Of a stretch of 55,656 nucleotides of DNA, positions 9,977 to 19,687 are shown piece after piece. Numbering within the stretch: position 1 is the first letter of the stretch; every line of letters starts with the position of its first letter. Location: assembly GCA_024762235.1 (NCBI GenBank), contig JANTHT010000002.1, forward strand, positions 1 to 55,656, written 5' to 3'. A program made the translations under genes and the position numbers. Source of the DNA: Sulfurospirillum sp. GTDB lineage: Bacteria; Campylobacterota; Campylobacteria; Campylobacterales; QNZT01. The notes under the pieces were generated by a model. The model saw only the letters and a program-made list of their open reading frames with translations, ran no database searches and was not told the DNA's origin.

Positions 9977-10681
9977 TTAGAATTTATAGTTTACGCCGAG
10001 GCCGTATGTATCGAGATTGATACCATCTTCTTCTCGTGTCGTACCGCCTTTGACGTTGAAAGTGTGATCGACACTGTGCAGCAGGCGCACGCCTTCACCG
10101 ACGATGCTCCATCTGTCGTTGATCGCATAGTTCAGTCCAAGGCCAAATGAAGGACTCGACTCATCGACAGTACCTGCCAGTGCACCGTTGGCACTGCTGC
10201 TGTCCCATTTGCTTTCCACTTTCGCTTTGGCATATCCCAGCAATCCGAAGAGATGAAATTTTTCACCCATGGGGAGCATCGGCTTGAGATAGATACCGTA
10301 GTTCTCCTTGATTCTGGTGGTACCGCCGGCATCATGGTCCTGCTCATTGATACCGTATCCGGCACGTCCTTCGATACCGAAATATCTGTTGAAGTCATAG
10401 CCCAGCTTCGCGACGACGGCACCAAGTCCGTTACATTTTCCCGAATCTGTATTATACTGTGCGCCCATACCGTCGAGTCCGACATACCACTTTTTGGGTG
10501 CGGGTACAACCGGTGCAGGTGTCGGGCAAACGACCGGTACCGGTACGGGAGCCGGCTTGACCTCTTTGACCACTTCTACAGCTTTCTGGACATCCTCTTT
10601 TTCATAATCGACGATCGGCGCTATCTCCGCACCTGCGAAAAGCACGGATGTCGTTGCTGCCAGCATTAAAATCTTTCTCAA
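9977..10681 (-). CDS. Small outer-membrane beta-barrel protein with proline-rich linker
   Basis: TTG start 6 nt after AAGGAG. Signal peptide, then a KPAPVPVPVVCPTPAPVVPAPK linker, then alternating amphipathic strands. The C-terminus is LGVNYKF (terminal aromatic residue). Confidence 0.6.
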   Translation of the reverse strand: MRKILMLAATTSVLFAGAEIAPIVDYEKEDVQKAVEVVKEVKPAPVPVPVVCPTPAPVVPAPKKWYVGLDGMGAQYNTDSGKCNGLGAVVAKLGYDFNRYFGIEGRAGYGINEQDHDAGGTTRIKENYGIYLKPMLPMGEKFHLFGLLGYAKAKVESKWDSSSANGALAGTVDESSPSFGLGLNYAINDRWSIVGEGVRLLHSVDHTFNVKGGTTREEDGINLDTYGLGVNYKF

Positions 10682-10808
10682 TTCAAACTCCTTTTTTGAA
10701 ATCTTTAATATACATATTACTAAATAAACTTTAAAACAACTTTGTTTAGCGATATATTCTGTAAAAAAAAGAGAAAAAAAGAGGGTCTATGGCGTCAAGA
10801 GGCTTTTC

Positions 10809-12635
10809 TCAGCCACTCTTCGTGATATAAAACCGTTTCAGAAAGTCCTCGTCGACATCGATGATCCCACGCTCTCTCAGATCTTCGATCACTGTCGCAT
10901 CGCAGTCGGTATCGTCCGGCCAGCGTCTGGGGAACCCTTCGATCTCCCCCTTGTTCGTCGCATCGATGCCGATAAACTCTTTTTGCAAAAAGATATCGCG
11001 AGTCGCATCGATATTGTTCACGATCCGCCAGATCAGCATGTAGGGGTTGTTCAGGTCATTTTTTCCTGCATCGACAAAAACGAGCAGTTTCGTATGTTTT
11101 TTGACCGGTTCGAGCCTTTCGTAGAGATTTTTCACAGGCTCCTTTTTATCGATGGCGATGAGACAGATCGGTGTTTTCGTATACGTTTTATATTGCTTTA
11201 TGGCTTCCACCGTTGGTTCGAGTTCCTGCATCAGTTCAAGAAGTGCATCATCCTCCAGCAGCTCTTTCTGCGGGAAGTGGACATTGTCCGCGGTACAGTC
11301 GATACCCAGTTTTCCGCCATAGGCAAAGGCGTCACTGGAATGATCCAGCGCATCGCACACCCCTTCACTGATCAAGAGATTATCCACCTGCACACGGTCG
11401 AGAATATAGTCACAGAGATCGTCGTACGACTCCAGACCGGGAGCATCGTCACCGACGAAGATCGCATGCTTGACGAAACTCATCTGCCCCACACCCCAGA
11501 AGGCATGCATGAACTGTTTGGCATGTCCGGGATAAAGCGTTTTCATCTTGGCGATGATCAGATTGTGAAAGACGCCGTTTTCGGGCATCACGTAGTCGAT
11601 CAGATCGGGGGCGGTGGTTTTGAGAAGCGGCAGAAAGATACGCTCTGTCGCCCACCCCATATATTTATCCTCCAGCGGCGGTTTGCCCACCACTGTCGCC
11701 AGGTAGACCGGTTTCTCCTTGCGGGTGATCGCGTGGACTTCGAGCTGGGGATACGCCTCTTCGAGCGTGTAGTAGCCGGTATGGTCCCCGAAAGGCCCTT
11801 CGATACGCAGTTTCTCAGGATCGACAAACCCCTCTATGACAAAATCGGCATCTTCCGGGACATAGAGGTCGTTGGTGATCGACTTGACGAGCCGTGCACT
11901 CTCTCCTTTGATGAATCCATACATCAGCAGTTCGAAAACCCCGTGCGGCAGCGGTGCCGTCGCCGCCCAGGTATAGAGCGGATCACCGCCTATCGCGATG
12001 GAGACCGGCATCTTCTCTCCCGCTTCACGGTATTCATGAAAGAAGTTCGCCGAATCTTTGTGTATCTGCCAGTGCATCCCCAGATGGTTCCTGTCGTAGA
12101 CCTGCAGGCGGTACATCCCCAGGTTTTTGCGCTCTCCGTCGAGCGACTGCGTATAGACCTGTCCCATCGTGATAAACGGGCCGCCATCCTGAGGCCATGT
12201 CGTCAGAATCGGCAAGTCGTAGAGATTGACCGCTTCCCCCTGCATGATCCGCTCCTGACATGCGCCTCTTGAGGAGAGACGTTTGGGAAACACATTTTTC
12301 AGGTGAAACAGGCGGGTAAGCATACCGAACTTTTCCCCCAGTGTGGCCGGCGGTTTGAGTTTCAGAAGTTCCTCGATCTCTTCGGCGATCGTGTCTGCCG
12401 GTTTGCCGATGAAAAGGTTGGTCGCTTCATGCGAACCGAAAACGTTCATCAAAACCGGGATGTCGTACTCTCTCTGCAGACGTCTGGAGACGGGACGGGT
12501 AAAGAGGAGTGCCCTGGAGTCGGGGTTCTTGACTTCGACATAAGCCACATGCGGAATCTCCAGATCGATATCGAGCGGTGTGTCGATGACACGTAACAGA
12601 TCATGTTCCCTGAGTAACGCTATCGCTTCTTGCAT
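10809..12635 (-). CDS. UbiD-family prenyl-FMN-dependent decarboxylase (long, menaquinone-associated type)
   Basis: 608 aa. UbiD blocks LGMYRLQVYD, HWQIHKD and GPFGDHTGYY, plus a C-terminal extension of about 110 aa as seen in the epsilonproteobacterial type. It sits next to hemC as in C. jejuni. Confidence 0.9.
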   Translation of the reverse strand: MQEAIALLREHDLLRVIDTPLDIDLEIPHVAYVEVKNPDSRALLFTRPVSRRLQREYDIPVLMNVFGSHEATNLFIGKPADTIAEEIEELLKLKPPATLGEKFGMLTRLFHLKNVFPKRLSSRGACQERIMQGEAVNLYDLPILTTWPQDGGPFITMGQVYTQSLDGERKNLGMYRLQVYDRNHLGMHWQIHKDSANFFHEYREAGEKMPVSIAIGGDPLYTWAATAPLPHGVFELLMYGFIKGESARLVKSITNDLYVPEDADFVIEGFVDPEKLRIEGPFGDHTGYYTLEEAYPQLEVHAITRKEKPVYLATVVGKPPLEDKYMGWATERIFLPLLKTTAPDLIDYVMPENGVFHNLIIAKMKTLYPGHAKQFMHAFWGVGQMSFVKHAIFVGDDAPGLESYDDLCDYILDRVQVDNLLISEGVCDALDHSSDAFAYGGKLGIDCTADNVHFPQKELLEDDALLELMQELEPTVEAIKQYKTYTKTPICLIAIDKKEPVKNLYERLEPVKKHTKLLVFVDAGKNDLNNPYMLIWRIVNNIDATRDIFLQKEFIGIDATNKGEIEGFPRRWPDDTDCDATVIEDLRERGIIDVDEDFLKRFYITKSG

Positions 12636-12648
12636 CGTTTTCCTTCGG

Positions 12649-13596
12649 TCAGAGGATCTCTTTGAGCGCTATCTCTTCAGCACGTTTGAGCAGTTTGACG
12701 GCACCCGCTTCGATCATGATGTCAGCGAGCTCTTTTCCCATCGCTTTGTAGTCGTTTCGCGATGCGACCAGTTTCTCTCTGATCAATTCGCTGCCGTCCG
12801 GCAAACCGACGATCGCACGCACCTGCAGCGAATCGTCCGCACCCAGTCTGGCATTGACACCGATAGGTACCTGGCAACCCCCCTGCAGCACTGTCACAAA
12901 ATCGCGTTCCACTGTCGTTTCTATCTCCGCCTCGTCATCGCGCAGCACAGAGAGCATCTCAAGAACTTCTGCATCGTCGACCGACTCGATACCCAGCGCC
13001 GCCTGTCCCATCGCAGGGATCATGAGCGTGGTGGATATCGGCGTGAAGTGGCGCACTTCATCCTGCAATCCCAGGCGGTTGATTCCCGCCGATGCAAGGA
13101 TGATCGCATCGTATTCTCCCTCTTTGAGTTTGCGAAGTCTGGTGTTGACGTTGCCCCTGAGATTTTTGATCTTCAGGTCGGGTCTTGCTGCGAGGATCTG
13201 CATGCGCCGTCTCAGACTTGTCGTGCCAACTACCGCACCTTCGGGCAGCGCGTCGATATCAGCATACTTTTCGCTCAGCAGGGCGTCTCTGACATCTTCG
13301 CGTTTGGTGATGACCCCGAGCACTAATCCGTCGGGGAACTCCGTAGGAACATCCTTGAGGCTGTGCACAGCGATATGCGCCTCTTTGCGCAGCATCGCAT
13401 CTTCGAGCTCTTTGGTGAAGAGCCCTTTGCCGCCAATCTTCGCCAGCGGCGTATCGAGGATGATATCCCCTTTGGTCTTCATCACTTTGAGTTCGACCGA
13501 AAGGCCGGGATGGGCCTCTTCCAGCAACGCCTTGATATGTTCGGATTGCCAGAGTGCGAGCTTGCTGCCTCTCGTGGCGATAATCAGTTTCTTCAT
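12649..13596 (-). CDS. hemC: Hydroxymethylbilane synthase (porphobilinogen deaminase)
   Basis: Starts [21 protein letters not shown]; also contains [25 protein letters not shown] and the GGCQVPIG cofactor-cysteine block. Confidence 0.95.
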   Translation of the reverse strand: MKKLIIATRGSKLALWQSEHIKALLEEAHPGLSVELKVMKTKGDIILDTPLAKIGGKGLFTKELEDAMLRKEAHIAVHSLKDVPTEFPDGLVLGVITKREDVRDALLSEKYADIDALPEGAVVGTTSLRRRMQILAARPDLKIKNLRGNVNTRLRKLKEGEYDAIILASAGINRLGLQDEVRHFTPISTTLMIPAMGQAALGIESVDDAEVLEMLSVLRDDEAEIETTVERDFVTVLQGGCQVPIGVNARLGADDSLQVRAIVGLPDGSELIREKLVASRNDYKAMGKELADIMIEAGAVKLLKRAEEIALKEIL

Positions 13597-13643
13597 GCTT
13601 CCTCTTTCGGTATGGCGGAGAACTCCGCCCTCAATCGCTAATG

Positions 13644-14603
13644 CTACTTCTTCTTGATGATCTCTTGATATTTGCGGCGGCTGAAATCTTTTTTACCGTT
13701 GACATAGACAGTCGGTGTCCCGCTGATCATCATTTTGTCCGCCATCTCTTTGTCAAACGCATAGCGCGCTTCAATATCTTTGGCATGGATATCTTTGGAA
13801 GTAATCTGCGTTCCCATCGCTTTGTTAAATGCCTCGAGTATCTTCTTCTCATCCGCCGTATCGAGATTGAACTTCTGTGCATAGACTTTTTCCATGACAT
13901 CTTTCATCCCTCTCTTCTCGGCCACCATCGCCGCCTTGATGATCGTAGGCGCCTCTTTGTGCAGCATGATAAGCGGGAAATGGTAGTAGTAGAGTGCGAT
14001 CTTGTCCGGATTCTCTTTGGCGGCTTTGAGCAGACCAGGCAGATATCCCTGACAGAACGGGCAGATCGGATCGCTGAATACGACAATCTTGTTCGGTGCA
14101 CTCTCCCTGCCATAAACCAGATGATCTTTACGGTAGTAACTCTTGTCCATATCGGGTACGAGTTTGTCCTTGAGGGATGAGCGGTTGACGATGTTGATAA
14201 AATCACGAACGATATATTTTCCGTTACTGAAGATCTTATCATGTACCGTGATCTCTTTCCCCTGCTGCTTTTTGATCTTCAAATCGATATCGAGAAAATA
14301 GACTTTCCAGCCCGGCAGATCTTTGACATCCTTCACCTGACGGATACGGATTCCCTTGAGTGCATAATCTCTGTTGACGGAGATCGCTCTTTTCACATAT
14401 TCGAGTATCCGTTTCTGATTTTTCTGCTCGGTTGTCAACTTCTCTTTTTTTGGAGCACTTTTTTTGCCTACAGGTTTTTGCGCAACTTTTTCACTGCTGT
14501 TCTGATCCCTTTTTGCAGTCGGTTCTTTACTGCAACCCAGCGTGATGATACTACTTGTCAATAGTGTCGTGATCAATAATTTCGACATCAATCGCATCTT
14601 CAT
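13644..14603 (-). CDS. DsbC/DsbG-like periplasmic thiol:disulfide oxidoreductase (CPFC), possible lipoprotein
   Basis: Signal or lipoprotein-like N-terminus [13 protein letters not shown], then a Lys-rich linker, then a DsbC-N-like beta domain, then a thioredoxin fold with [13 protein letters not shown] and a cis-Pro region GTPTVYVNG. The start is ambiguous (14603, 14597 or 14588). Confidence 0.65.
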   Translation of the reverse strand: MKMRLMSKLLITTLLTSSIITLGCSKEPTAKRDQNSSEKVAQKPVGKKSAPKKEKLTTEQKNQKRILEYVKRAISVNRDYALKGIRIRQVKDVKDLPGWKVYFLDIDLKIKKQQGKEITVHDKIFSNGKYIVRDFINIVNRSSLKDKLVPDMDKSYYRKDHLVYGRESAPNKIVVFSDPICPFCQGYLPGLLKAAKENPDKIALYYYHFPLIMLHKEAPTIIKAAMVAEKRGMKDVMEKVYAQKFNLDTADEKKILEAFNKAMGTQITSKDIHAKDIEARYAFDKEMADKMMISGTPTVYVNGKKDFSRRKYQEIIKKK

Positions 14604-14964
14604 ACTCTCCTTTGCGTTTGCTTTTTTTCTCTTTTAAATGCAGAATCTTTTTAGCAACAAATGTGCCGAAAAATCCAAACTGTAACAACAGACCGACGAT
14701 GTCGCTGAAAAATCCCGGAATGATCAGCAGGATCGCTCCCAGCAGCGACATCAGGTTCATCTTCTGGAATTCGTCGACCGTGATGGATCCGCTCATCAGA
14801 GCATGCATGCTCTGGGCGAGAGTATAGCGAAAGTTGGTTAATAAAAAGAGGCCGATGAAAGCGGTGATGATGATCTCGAAAAAGGTCGCAAGCCCACCGA
14901 TCTGGCCTGCGATATCGACTGTGACAACCACCTCCAGAAAGAAGTAAATCAGAAAATAGAACAC
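14551..14964 (-). CDS. fxsA: FxsA family membrane protein
   Basis: N-terminus MFYFLIYFFLEVVVTVDIAGQIGG, PGFFSDIVGLLL block, basic/acidic C-terminal tail. Confidence 0.7.
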   Translation of the reverse strand: MFYFLIYFFLEVVVTVDIAGQIGGLATFFEIIITAFIGLFLLTNFRYTLAQSMHALMSGSITVDEFQKMNLMSLLGAILLIIPGFFSDIVGLLLQFGFFGTFVAKKILHLKEKKSKRKGEYEDAIDVEIIDHDTIDK

Positions 14965-16655
14965 TACGACTCCATCAAGCGCGAAGCGACTGCGTCGGCG
15001 GATACTTCCTCTTTCTGAAGCGTTCCGCGGTCGACAAGTTCCACTTTACCCTCTTTGAGCCCCTTGCCCACGATCACCGCTCTGGGAAACCCGAAGAGTT
15101 CGAAATCGCTCATCTTGAATCCGAAACGTTCGTTTCTGTCATCGAGCAGGACGCGTTTACCTTTTTCACGCAGTTGGGCATAGAGGGTTTCGCCATACTC
15201 TCTCTGGGTATCGTCTTTCGCGTTGGAGAGGATGATCATCACTTCAAACGGTGTCGTCTCCTCTGTCCAGATGCATCCTCTCTCATCATGATGCTGTTCG
15301 ACCACGACAGCTACGAGACGACTCACACCGATGCCGTATGTCCCCATCACGAAAGGTTGCGCTTTGCCGTTTCTATCCAGGAAAGTGGCCTGCAGTGCCT
15401 CGGAATAGCGCGTTCCCAGCTGAAAAATATGCCCTACCTCAATCCCTTTGGTCACCGTGAGTCTGCCGCCGCACCGGTGACACCTGTCACCCGCCTCGAC
15501 CGTGACAAGATCCCGATAATCGAACGCTTTGCCTTTGAAGCTGTATCCGACATAGTGGCTATCCGGCTTGTTGTCACCGCAGATCATCGGCGCCTGCTCT
15601 TTGAGTTCGAGATCGACGTACTTCTGCACCCCTTGTACATCGGGTCCGATATATCCGGGAACCAGTCCCGCCTCTTCCAGCGCCTCTTTGCTCGCCTCTG
15701 CCAGCTCCAGCGCTCCGCAGGCTGTCGCCGCTTTCGTCTCCTGCAGGGTGTCGGAGCCTCTGAGGAAAAAGAGGACGACCTCTTCATGATCGGGGTAGAT
15801 CGCCTTTTTGGCTACTGCCTTGACCAGAAAGTCGGGAGAGATTCGGAAAAAGGAAGCGAGTTCTTCGATCGTCCTGACACCCGGGGTATGAAAAGAGCCC
15901 GGTGTCATCTCGACATCCGATGCATCCACCTCTCTGGGCGCCCGCTTCGCCGCTTCGATATTGGCGGCATAGTCACACCCTTCACAGATGACGATATCGT
16001 CTTCCCCGTTGTCCGCCAGCACCATGAACTCTTTCGAGCCGCTGCCGCCGATGGCACCGCTGTCCGCTTCCACCACGCGGTAACGCAATCCCAGACGATC
16101 CAGAATCCTGCCGTAGGTCTTCTCCATCAGGGCATATTCGCGCTGCATATCTTCGACACTCTCATGAAAACTGTAACCGTCCTTCATGATAAACTCGCGC
16201 CCGCGCAGCAATCCGTAACGCGGCCTCGCCTCGTCTCGAAACTTCGTGTTGATCTGGTAGAGATTGAGCGGCAGCTGTTTGTAACTTTTGACACGGTTGC
16301 GTACCAGGTCGACCATCGCCTCTTCATGGGTCGGTCCGAGGACAAACTCGTTGTTTTTACGATCTTTGAAACGCAACAGCTCTTTGCCGAACTTGTCGTA
16401 TCTGCCACTCTCCTTCCAGAGCTCGGAAGGTGTGACGAATCCCAGCAGCACCTCCTGGTTTCCCACTGCATCGAGCTCCTCTTTTACGACGCTGCGTATA
16501 CGATCCAGTACCATTTTCCCCAACGGCAGATAGTTGTAGATCCCGCTGCCGATCTGTGCGATAAACCCGCCCCTGACCAAAAAGATATGGCTCGGCAATA
16601 CCGCATCTTTTGGCGCCTCTTTGGTTGTCGGCGCGAAGAGTCTGCTCAATCTCAT
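14964..16655 (-). CDS. proS: Proline--tRNA ligase (bacterial type with editing insertion)
   Basis: Starts [15 protein letters not shown]; also contains [17 protein letters not shown], the INS domain and a GIGVSRL C-terminal anticodon domain. Confidence 0.95.
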   Translation of the reverse strand: MRLSRLFAPTTKEAPKDAVLPSHIFLVRGGFIAQIGSGIYNYLPLGKMVLDRIRSVVKEELDAVGNQEVLLGFVTPSELWKESGRYDKFGKELLRFKDRKNNEFVLGPTHEEAMVDLVRNRVKSYKQLPLNLYQINTKFRDEARPRYGLLRGREFIMKDGYSFHESVEDMQREYALMEKTYGRILDRLGLRYRVVEADSGAIGGSGSKEFMVLADNGEDDIVICEGCDYAANIEAAKRAPREVDASDVEMTPGSFHTPGVRTIEELASFFRISPDFLVKAVAKKAIYPDHEEVVLFFLRGSDTLQETKAATACGALELAEASKEALEEAGLVPGYIGPDVQGVQKYVDLELKEQAPMICGDNKPDSHYVGYSFKGKAFDYRDLVTVEAGDRCHRCGGRLTVTKGIEVGHIFQLGTRYSEALQATFLDRNGKAQPFVMGTYGIGVSRLVAVVVEQHHDERGCIWTEETTPFEVMIILSNAKDDTQREYGETLYAQLREKGKRVLLDDRNERFGFKMSDFELFGFPRAVIVGKGLKEGKVELVDRGTLQKEEVSADAVASRLMES

Positions 16656-17980
16656 CCATTCTCCTTTTTATACAGATCCTTTTCGATCTGGTAGTCACAT
16701 TTGTAGGTATCCAGCGCTTTCCTCTGCTCTGAATTGAGTCCGAAAAAGAGTTGAATCGATTGCACCACCGTATCGGCCTGTGGCTGATCCGCAATATGTT
16801 TCAGCACCGTAGTCGGTTTATGCAGAAAAGAGTTGAACGCCTGGTGGATAATCTTTTCGATCTGCTTTTCATACTCTTTTGGCACATACCCTTTCTTGAT
16901 GGCGCGTTGCAACTCTTTGCTGCTGCAGTTTCTGGCCATATCCCGAATCTCCCGAATCATAGGATCTACCGAGAGACTCTGCAGCCATTTGAAAAAATCT
17001 TCGGTGAACTCTCCCACGATCGCATACGCTTTCATCGCGCTGGATTCGCGCTGTTTGAGATTCTGATGCATAATCGTACGCAAATCATCGACAGCATAGA
17101 TCGTGATATCGGGGTAATCGCCATCTTCGATATCACGCGGAATCGCGATGTCGAACCAGTGTCGTTCGAATGTCGTCTCTTCGATCATGTCCGCCCGGAT
17201 AACCGGCTCCGTGGCACTCGTAGCCGAAAAGAGCAATCGATAGTGATTGAGCAGTTGCGGCAACTCCGAAAAGGGTTCTACCGTCACAGTGACGTTGTCG
17301 ATACGCTTCGCCATCTCTTGCCCTTTCTCGATATTTCTGGTAACGAGTATGATATTGGCACCTGCATTGGCGAGATGCTTGCAGGCGAGTTCTCCCATCT
17401 CACCCGTACCGACAACCACAGCCGAATAACCGCCGAGATTGCCACCGAATATCTCCTTTGCCCGGGCCACGGCTACACTTGCGACAGAGATCGGATTTTT
17501 GGAGATATCGGTTGCATTGCGCACCGTAGCGGAACATCGAAAGGCATTGTGCATGACACGCGCGATCTTCTGTCCGCTGTACCCGTTGTCATAGGAGAAA
17601 CTGAAGGCATCTTTCACCTGTCCCACGATCTGTGTCTCTCCGAGCACCAGACTATCCAGCGACGAGACGACACTGAAGATATGATGGATCGCATTGGCGT
17701 CGGTGTAGATCGCACCTTTCCCCTCCAGTTCGGAGAGAGAAACACCTGTCACTTCCGAAATCGTCCGAAGCAGCTGGCTGTCGACACCTTCGACCTCACT
17801 GGTACTGATGATCACTTCCACACGGTTGCAGGTAGAGACGACCACCGCTTCGTGCACCGGTGCAAGCGACAACAGTTTGTCATAAAATCTTTTCAGAAGC
17901 GCTTTATCGGAAAAAGAGAGTTTCTCCCTCGTTTCAATATTGGTATTTTTATGGGTAAAACTGGCGATCATATAACGCAT
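16652..17980 (-). CDS. hemA: Glutamyl-tRNA reductase
   Basis: Blocks STCNRVEV and GETQI(V)GQVK, plus the NADPH site VVGTGEMGE. 4-nt overlap with proS. Confidence 0.95.
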   Translation of the reverse strand: MRYMIASFTHKNTNIETREKLSFSDKALLKRFYDKLLSLAPVHEAVVVSTCNRVEVIISTSEVEGVDSQLLRTISEVTGVSLSELEGKGAIYTDANAIHHIFSVVSSLDSLVLGETQIVGQVKDAFSFSYDNGYSGQKIARVMHNAFRCSATVRNATDISKNPISVASVAVARAKEIFGGNLGGYSAVVVGTGEMGELACKHLANAGANIILVTRNIEKGQEMAKRIDNVTVTVEPFSELPQLLNHYRLLFSATSATEPVIRADMIEETTFERHWFDIAIPRDIEDGDYPDITIYAVDDLRTIMHQNLKQRESSAMKAYAIVGEFTEDFFKWLQSLSVDPMIREIRDMARNCSSKELQRAIKKGYVPKEYEKQIEKIIHQAFNSFLHKPTTVLKHIADQPQADTVVQSIQLFFGLNSEQRKALDTYKCDYQIEKDLYKKENG

Positions 17981-18873
17981 CAGAACTCTCTTTCAATCAT
18001 ATCGGTAATCACACGTTCAAGTGCGGGATTGCGCTCATGGGCGATAGCGTCCAGTGCCTGACGACCCAACTGCTGTGCCAGGGTGATCGACTGCATGACA
18101 GCCCCGCTTTCCCGCATCTTCTCTTTCAACCATGCCGCCTCTTCCTCAGTGAGCGACTTCCGGTAGAGCCCGCGCAACCGCTCCCTCCCCGCTTCATCGA
18201 GTGCCTCGAAAAGGTAGATATAGGGAAGTGTCGTTTTCCCCTCTCTGAAATCTGCCATCGCCGGTTTTCCCAGTGTCTGTGCATCGGCCGTGATGTCCAG
18301 CACATCGTCAATGATCTGAAACGCGAGCCCCAGATTCTTTCCGTATCGGGCAAACGATTGCGTCGGTTTACCCGCCAAAGCGGCCGCACTCGCAGCAGTC
18401 GCTTCGATCAGTACCGCCGTCTTTTTATAGATCATGTCGAAATATTTCGCTTCATCCGGCTGTAACACTTTGGCATATTCGACATCGAGCAGTTCCCCGG
18501 CAGAGAGTTGTACCACCGCATCGGAAATCCTACGGATGATCTCAGGGGCAAAACGGCTCAGTTCGGAATAGGCTTTAGAATAGAGAATATCTCCGAGCAT
18601 CACTGCAGATTTGCTGTCGTGCGTGGCGTTGATCGAAGGAATACCGCGTCGCGTCATCGCTTCGTCGATCACATCGTCATGCAGCAGACTTGCCGCATGA
18701 ATCAACTCTACGATCGCAGCCAGTCTCTCCGCTTCCGCATTCTCACCTGCGATCCGAAGAATCAGCTTGGCTCGCAATCTCTTGCCGCGCGGTACTTTTT
18801 CATAAAGTGAAAGGGCATAGGCATCCGCCTCTTCCACATACCGGTGCATCAGCGACTCGACATTTTCTAACAT
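17980..18873 (-). CDS. ispB: Polyprenyl diphosphate synthase (octaprenyl-type, IspB-like)
   Basis: First and second Asp-rich motifs LLHDDVIDE and QIIDDVLD. 1-nt overlap with hemA. Confidence 0.85.
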   Translation of the reverse strand: MLENVESLMHRYVEEADAYALSLYEKVPRGKRLRAKLILRIAGENAEAERLAAIVELIHAASLLHDDVIDEAMTRRGIPSINATHDSKSAVMLGDILYSKAYSELSRFAPEIIRRISDAVVQLSAGELLDVEYAKVLQPDEAKYFDMIYKKTAVLIEATAASAAALAGKPTQSFARYGKNLGLAFQIIDDVLDITADAQTLGKPAMADFREGKTTLPYIYLFEALDEAGRERLRGLYRKSLTEEEAAWLKEKMRESGAVMQSITLAQQLGRQALDAIAHERNPALERVITDMIEREF

Positions 18874-18881
18874 AGATACCT

Positions 18882-19313
18882 TTACTTCTTTGGTTTTTTT
18901 ATTTTGATCTCCAACCTTTTGTCGGGATCGTGTAACTGTGCCGTAATCGTCGCACGTCTCTCCTTTTTACTGAATTTTTCAAATGTCAGTAACAGAAAGG
19001 GTCTGCGATCGATCCGCTTGTAATCTCCGGTCAAAAAGAGCTCTGTCGTGTTACGGCCAAATTTCGTTTCCAGTATATACTGGTGTTTGAAACCTTCGTA
19101 ATCCAGCAGCAGTACCAATCTTCTGTTTTGCCAGAGTGTCCAGCGAAAAGTGAGCAAGCCCTCTTTCGCATAGGTCACCGGAGTATCTTTCCTGATTTCG
19201 ATCACTGCAGGCTGATCTTTTTTAAGCGTGAAACGGTGTGTCAGTTCGAAACCCCCTTCTGCACCGGACAAAAATGTACAGAGCAAAAGAAGCGAACCGA
19301 TCCACCTACTCAT
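18882..19313 (-). CDS. Secreted protein of unknown function (positional equivalent of HP0241/Cj0540 type)
   Basis: 143 aa with signal peptide MSRWIGSLLLLCTFLSGAEG. No motif I recognise. Its start overlaps the upstream small gene by 8 nt. Confidence 0.6.
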   Translation of the reverse strand: MSRWIGSLLLLCTFLSGAEGGFELTHRFTLKKDQPAVIEIRKDTPVTYAKEGLLTFRWTLWQNRRLVLLLDYEGFKHQYILETKFGRNTTELFLTGDYKRIDRRPFLLLTFEKFSKKERRATITAQLHDPDKRLEIKIKKPKK

Positions 19314-19587
19314 TTTTCGTTAAGATATTCCCCATACCTTCGATGAAAAGATTGTCTCTCTTTTTATCGATCTTCTCCTGATTCTCCCAGATATAGTTCT
19401 GAACGATCTGTAAAATATCCTTATCTTCACCGAGCATCTCTTCGAGCAGCAGTTCGAGTGCCGCTATTTTTGAAAGGTTGTCCGTCAACTCCTCTTCGAC
19501 CAGGTTCCTGTTCGCGTGAAATATAATATCAAAATATTTTTGCCGGGGAGTTCCGCCAAAAATATCGTCATCGTCATCAAATAACAT
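19306..19587 (-). CDS. Small acidic helical protein of unknown function (positional equivalent of HP0242/Cj0539 type)
   Basis: 93 aa starting MLFDDDDDIFGG, with helix-prone, Glu/Leu-rich composition. The RBS GGGAGAG lies upstream of ATG 19587. It has its own extended -10. Confidence 0.6.
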   Translation of the reverse strand: MLFDDDDDIFGGTPRQKYFDIIFHANRNLVEEELTDNLSKIAALELLLEEMLGEDKDILQIVQNYIWENQEKIDKKRDNLFIEGMGNILTKNE

Positions 19588-19621
19588 TGCTCTCCCTCTT
19601 CCCTTGATTTACGGGCATTTC

Positions 19622-19659
19622 TGAAAACCTTCTGCCTTCCTGGCAAAACCCGGTTTTCA
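19622..19659 (-). promoter_or_regulatory. Bulged 15-bp stem-loop in the dus / small-gene intergenic leader
   Basis: Minus-strand RNA reads UGAAAACC-GGG-UUUUGCC-AGGAA-GGCAGAA-GGUUUUCA. One pair is G-U on the minus strand but C-A on the plus strand, so the structure favours the minus transcript. No U-tract follows. Confidence 0.4.
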
Positions 19660-19678
19660 TAGACACTTTAAGGCAAAA

Positions 19679-19687
19679 ATTATACCA
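19679..19687 (-). promoter_or_regulatory. Extended -10 element TGgTATAAT
   Basis: The reverse complement of ATTATACCA sits immediately after the dus stop codon, about 90 nt upstream of ATG 19587. Confidence 0.4.

Noticed and set aside
19622-19659. GCCAGGAAGGCAGAAGG on the minus strand resembles the GGAAGGAAGCAGCC core of SRP (4.5S) RNA.
   Set aside because: Only a short purine-rich similarity. The surrounding sequence lacks the symmetric and asymmetric loop context and the closing helix of domain IV. The hairpin is better explained as an mRNA leader or 3' structure.
19641-19659. TGGCAAAACCCGGTTTTCA, considered as a sigma-54 (-24/-12) promoter.
   Set aside because: GG is present, but the -12 GC is not at the required spacing (TGGCAC-N5-TTGC). 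The element also points on the + strand into the 3' end of dus, with no + strand gene to drive.
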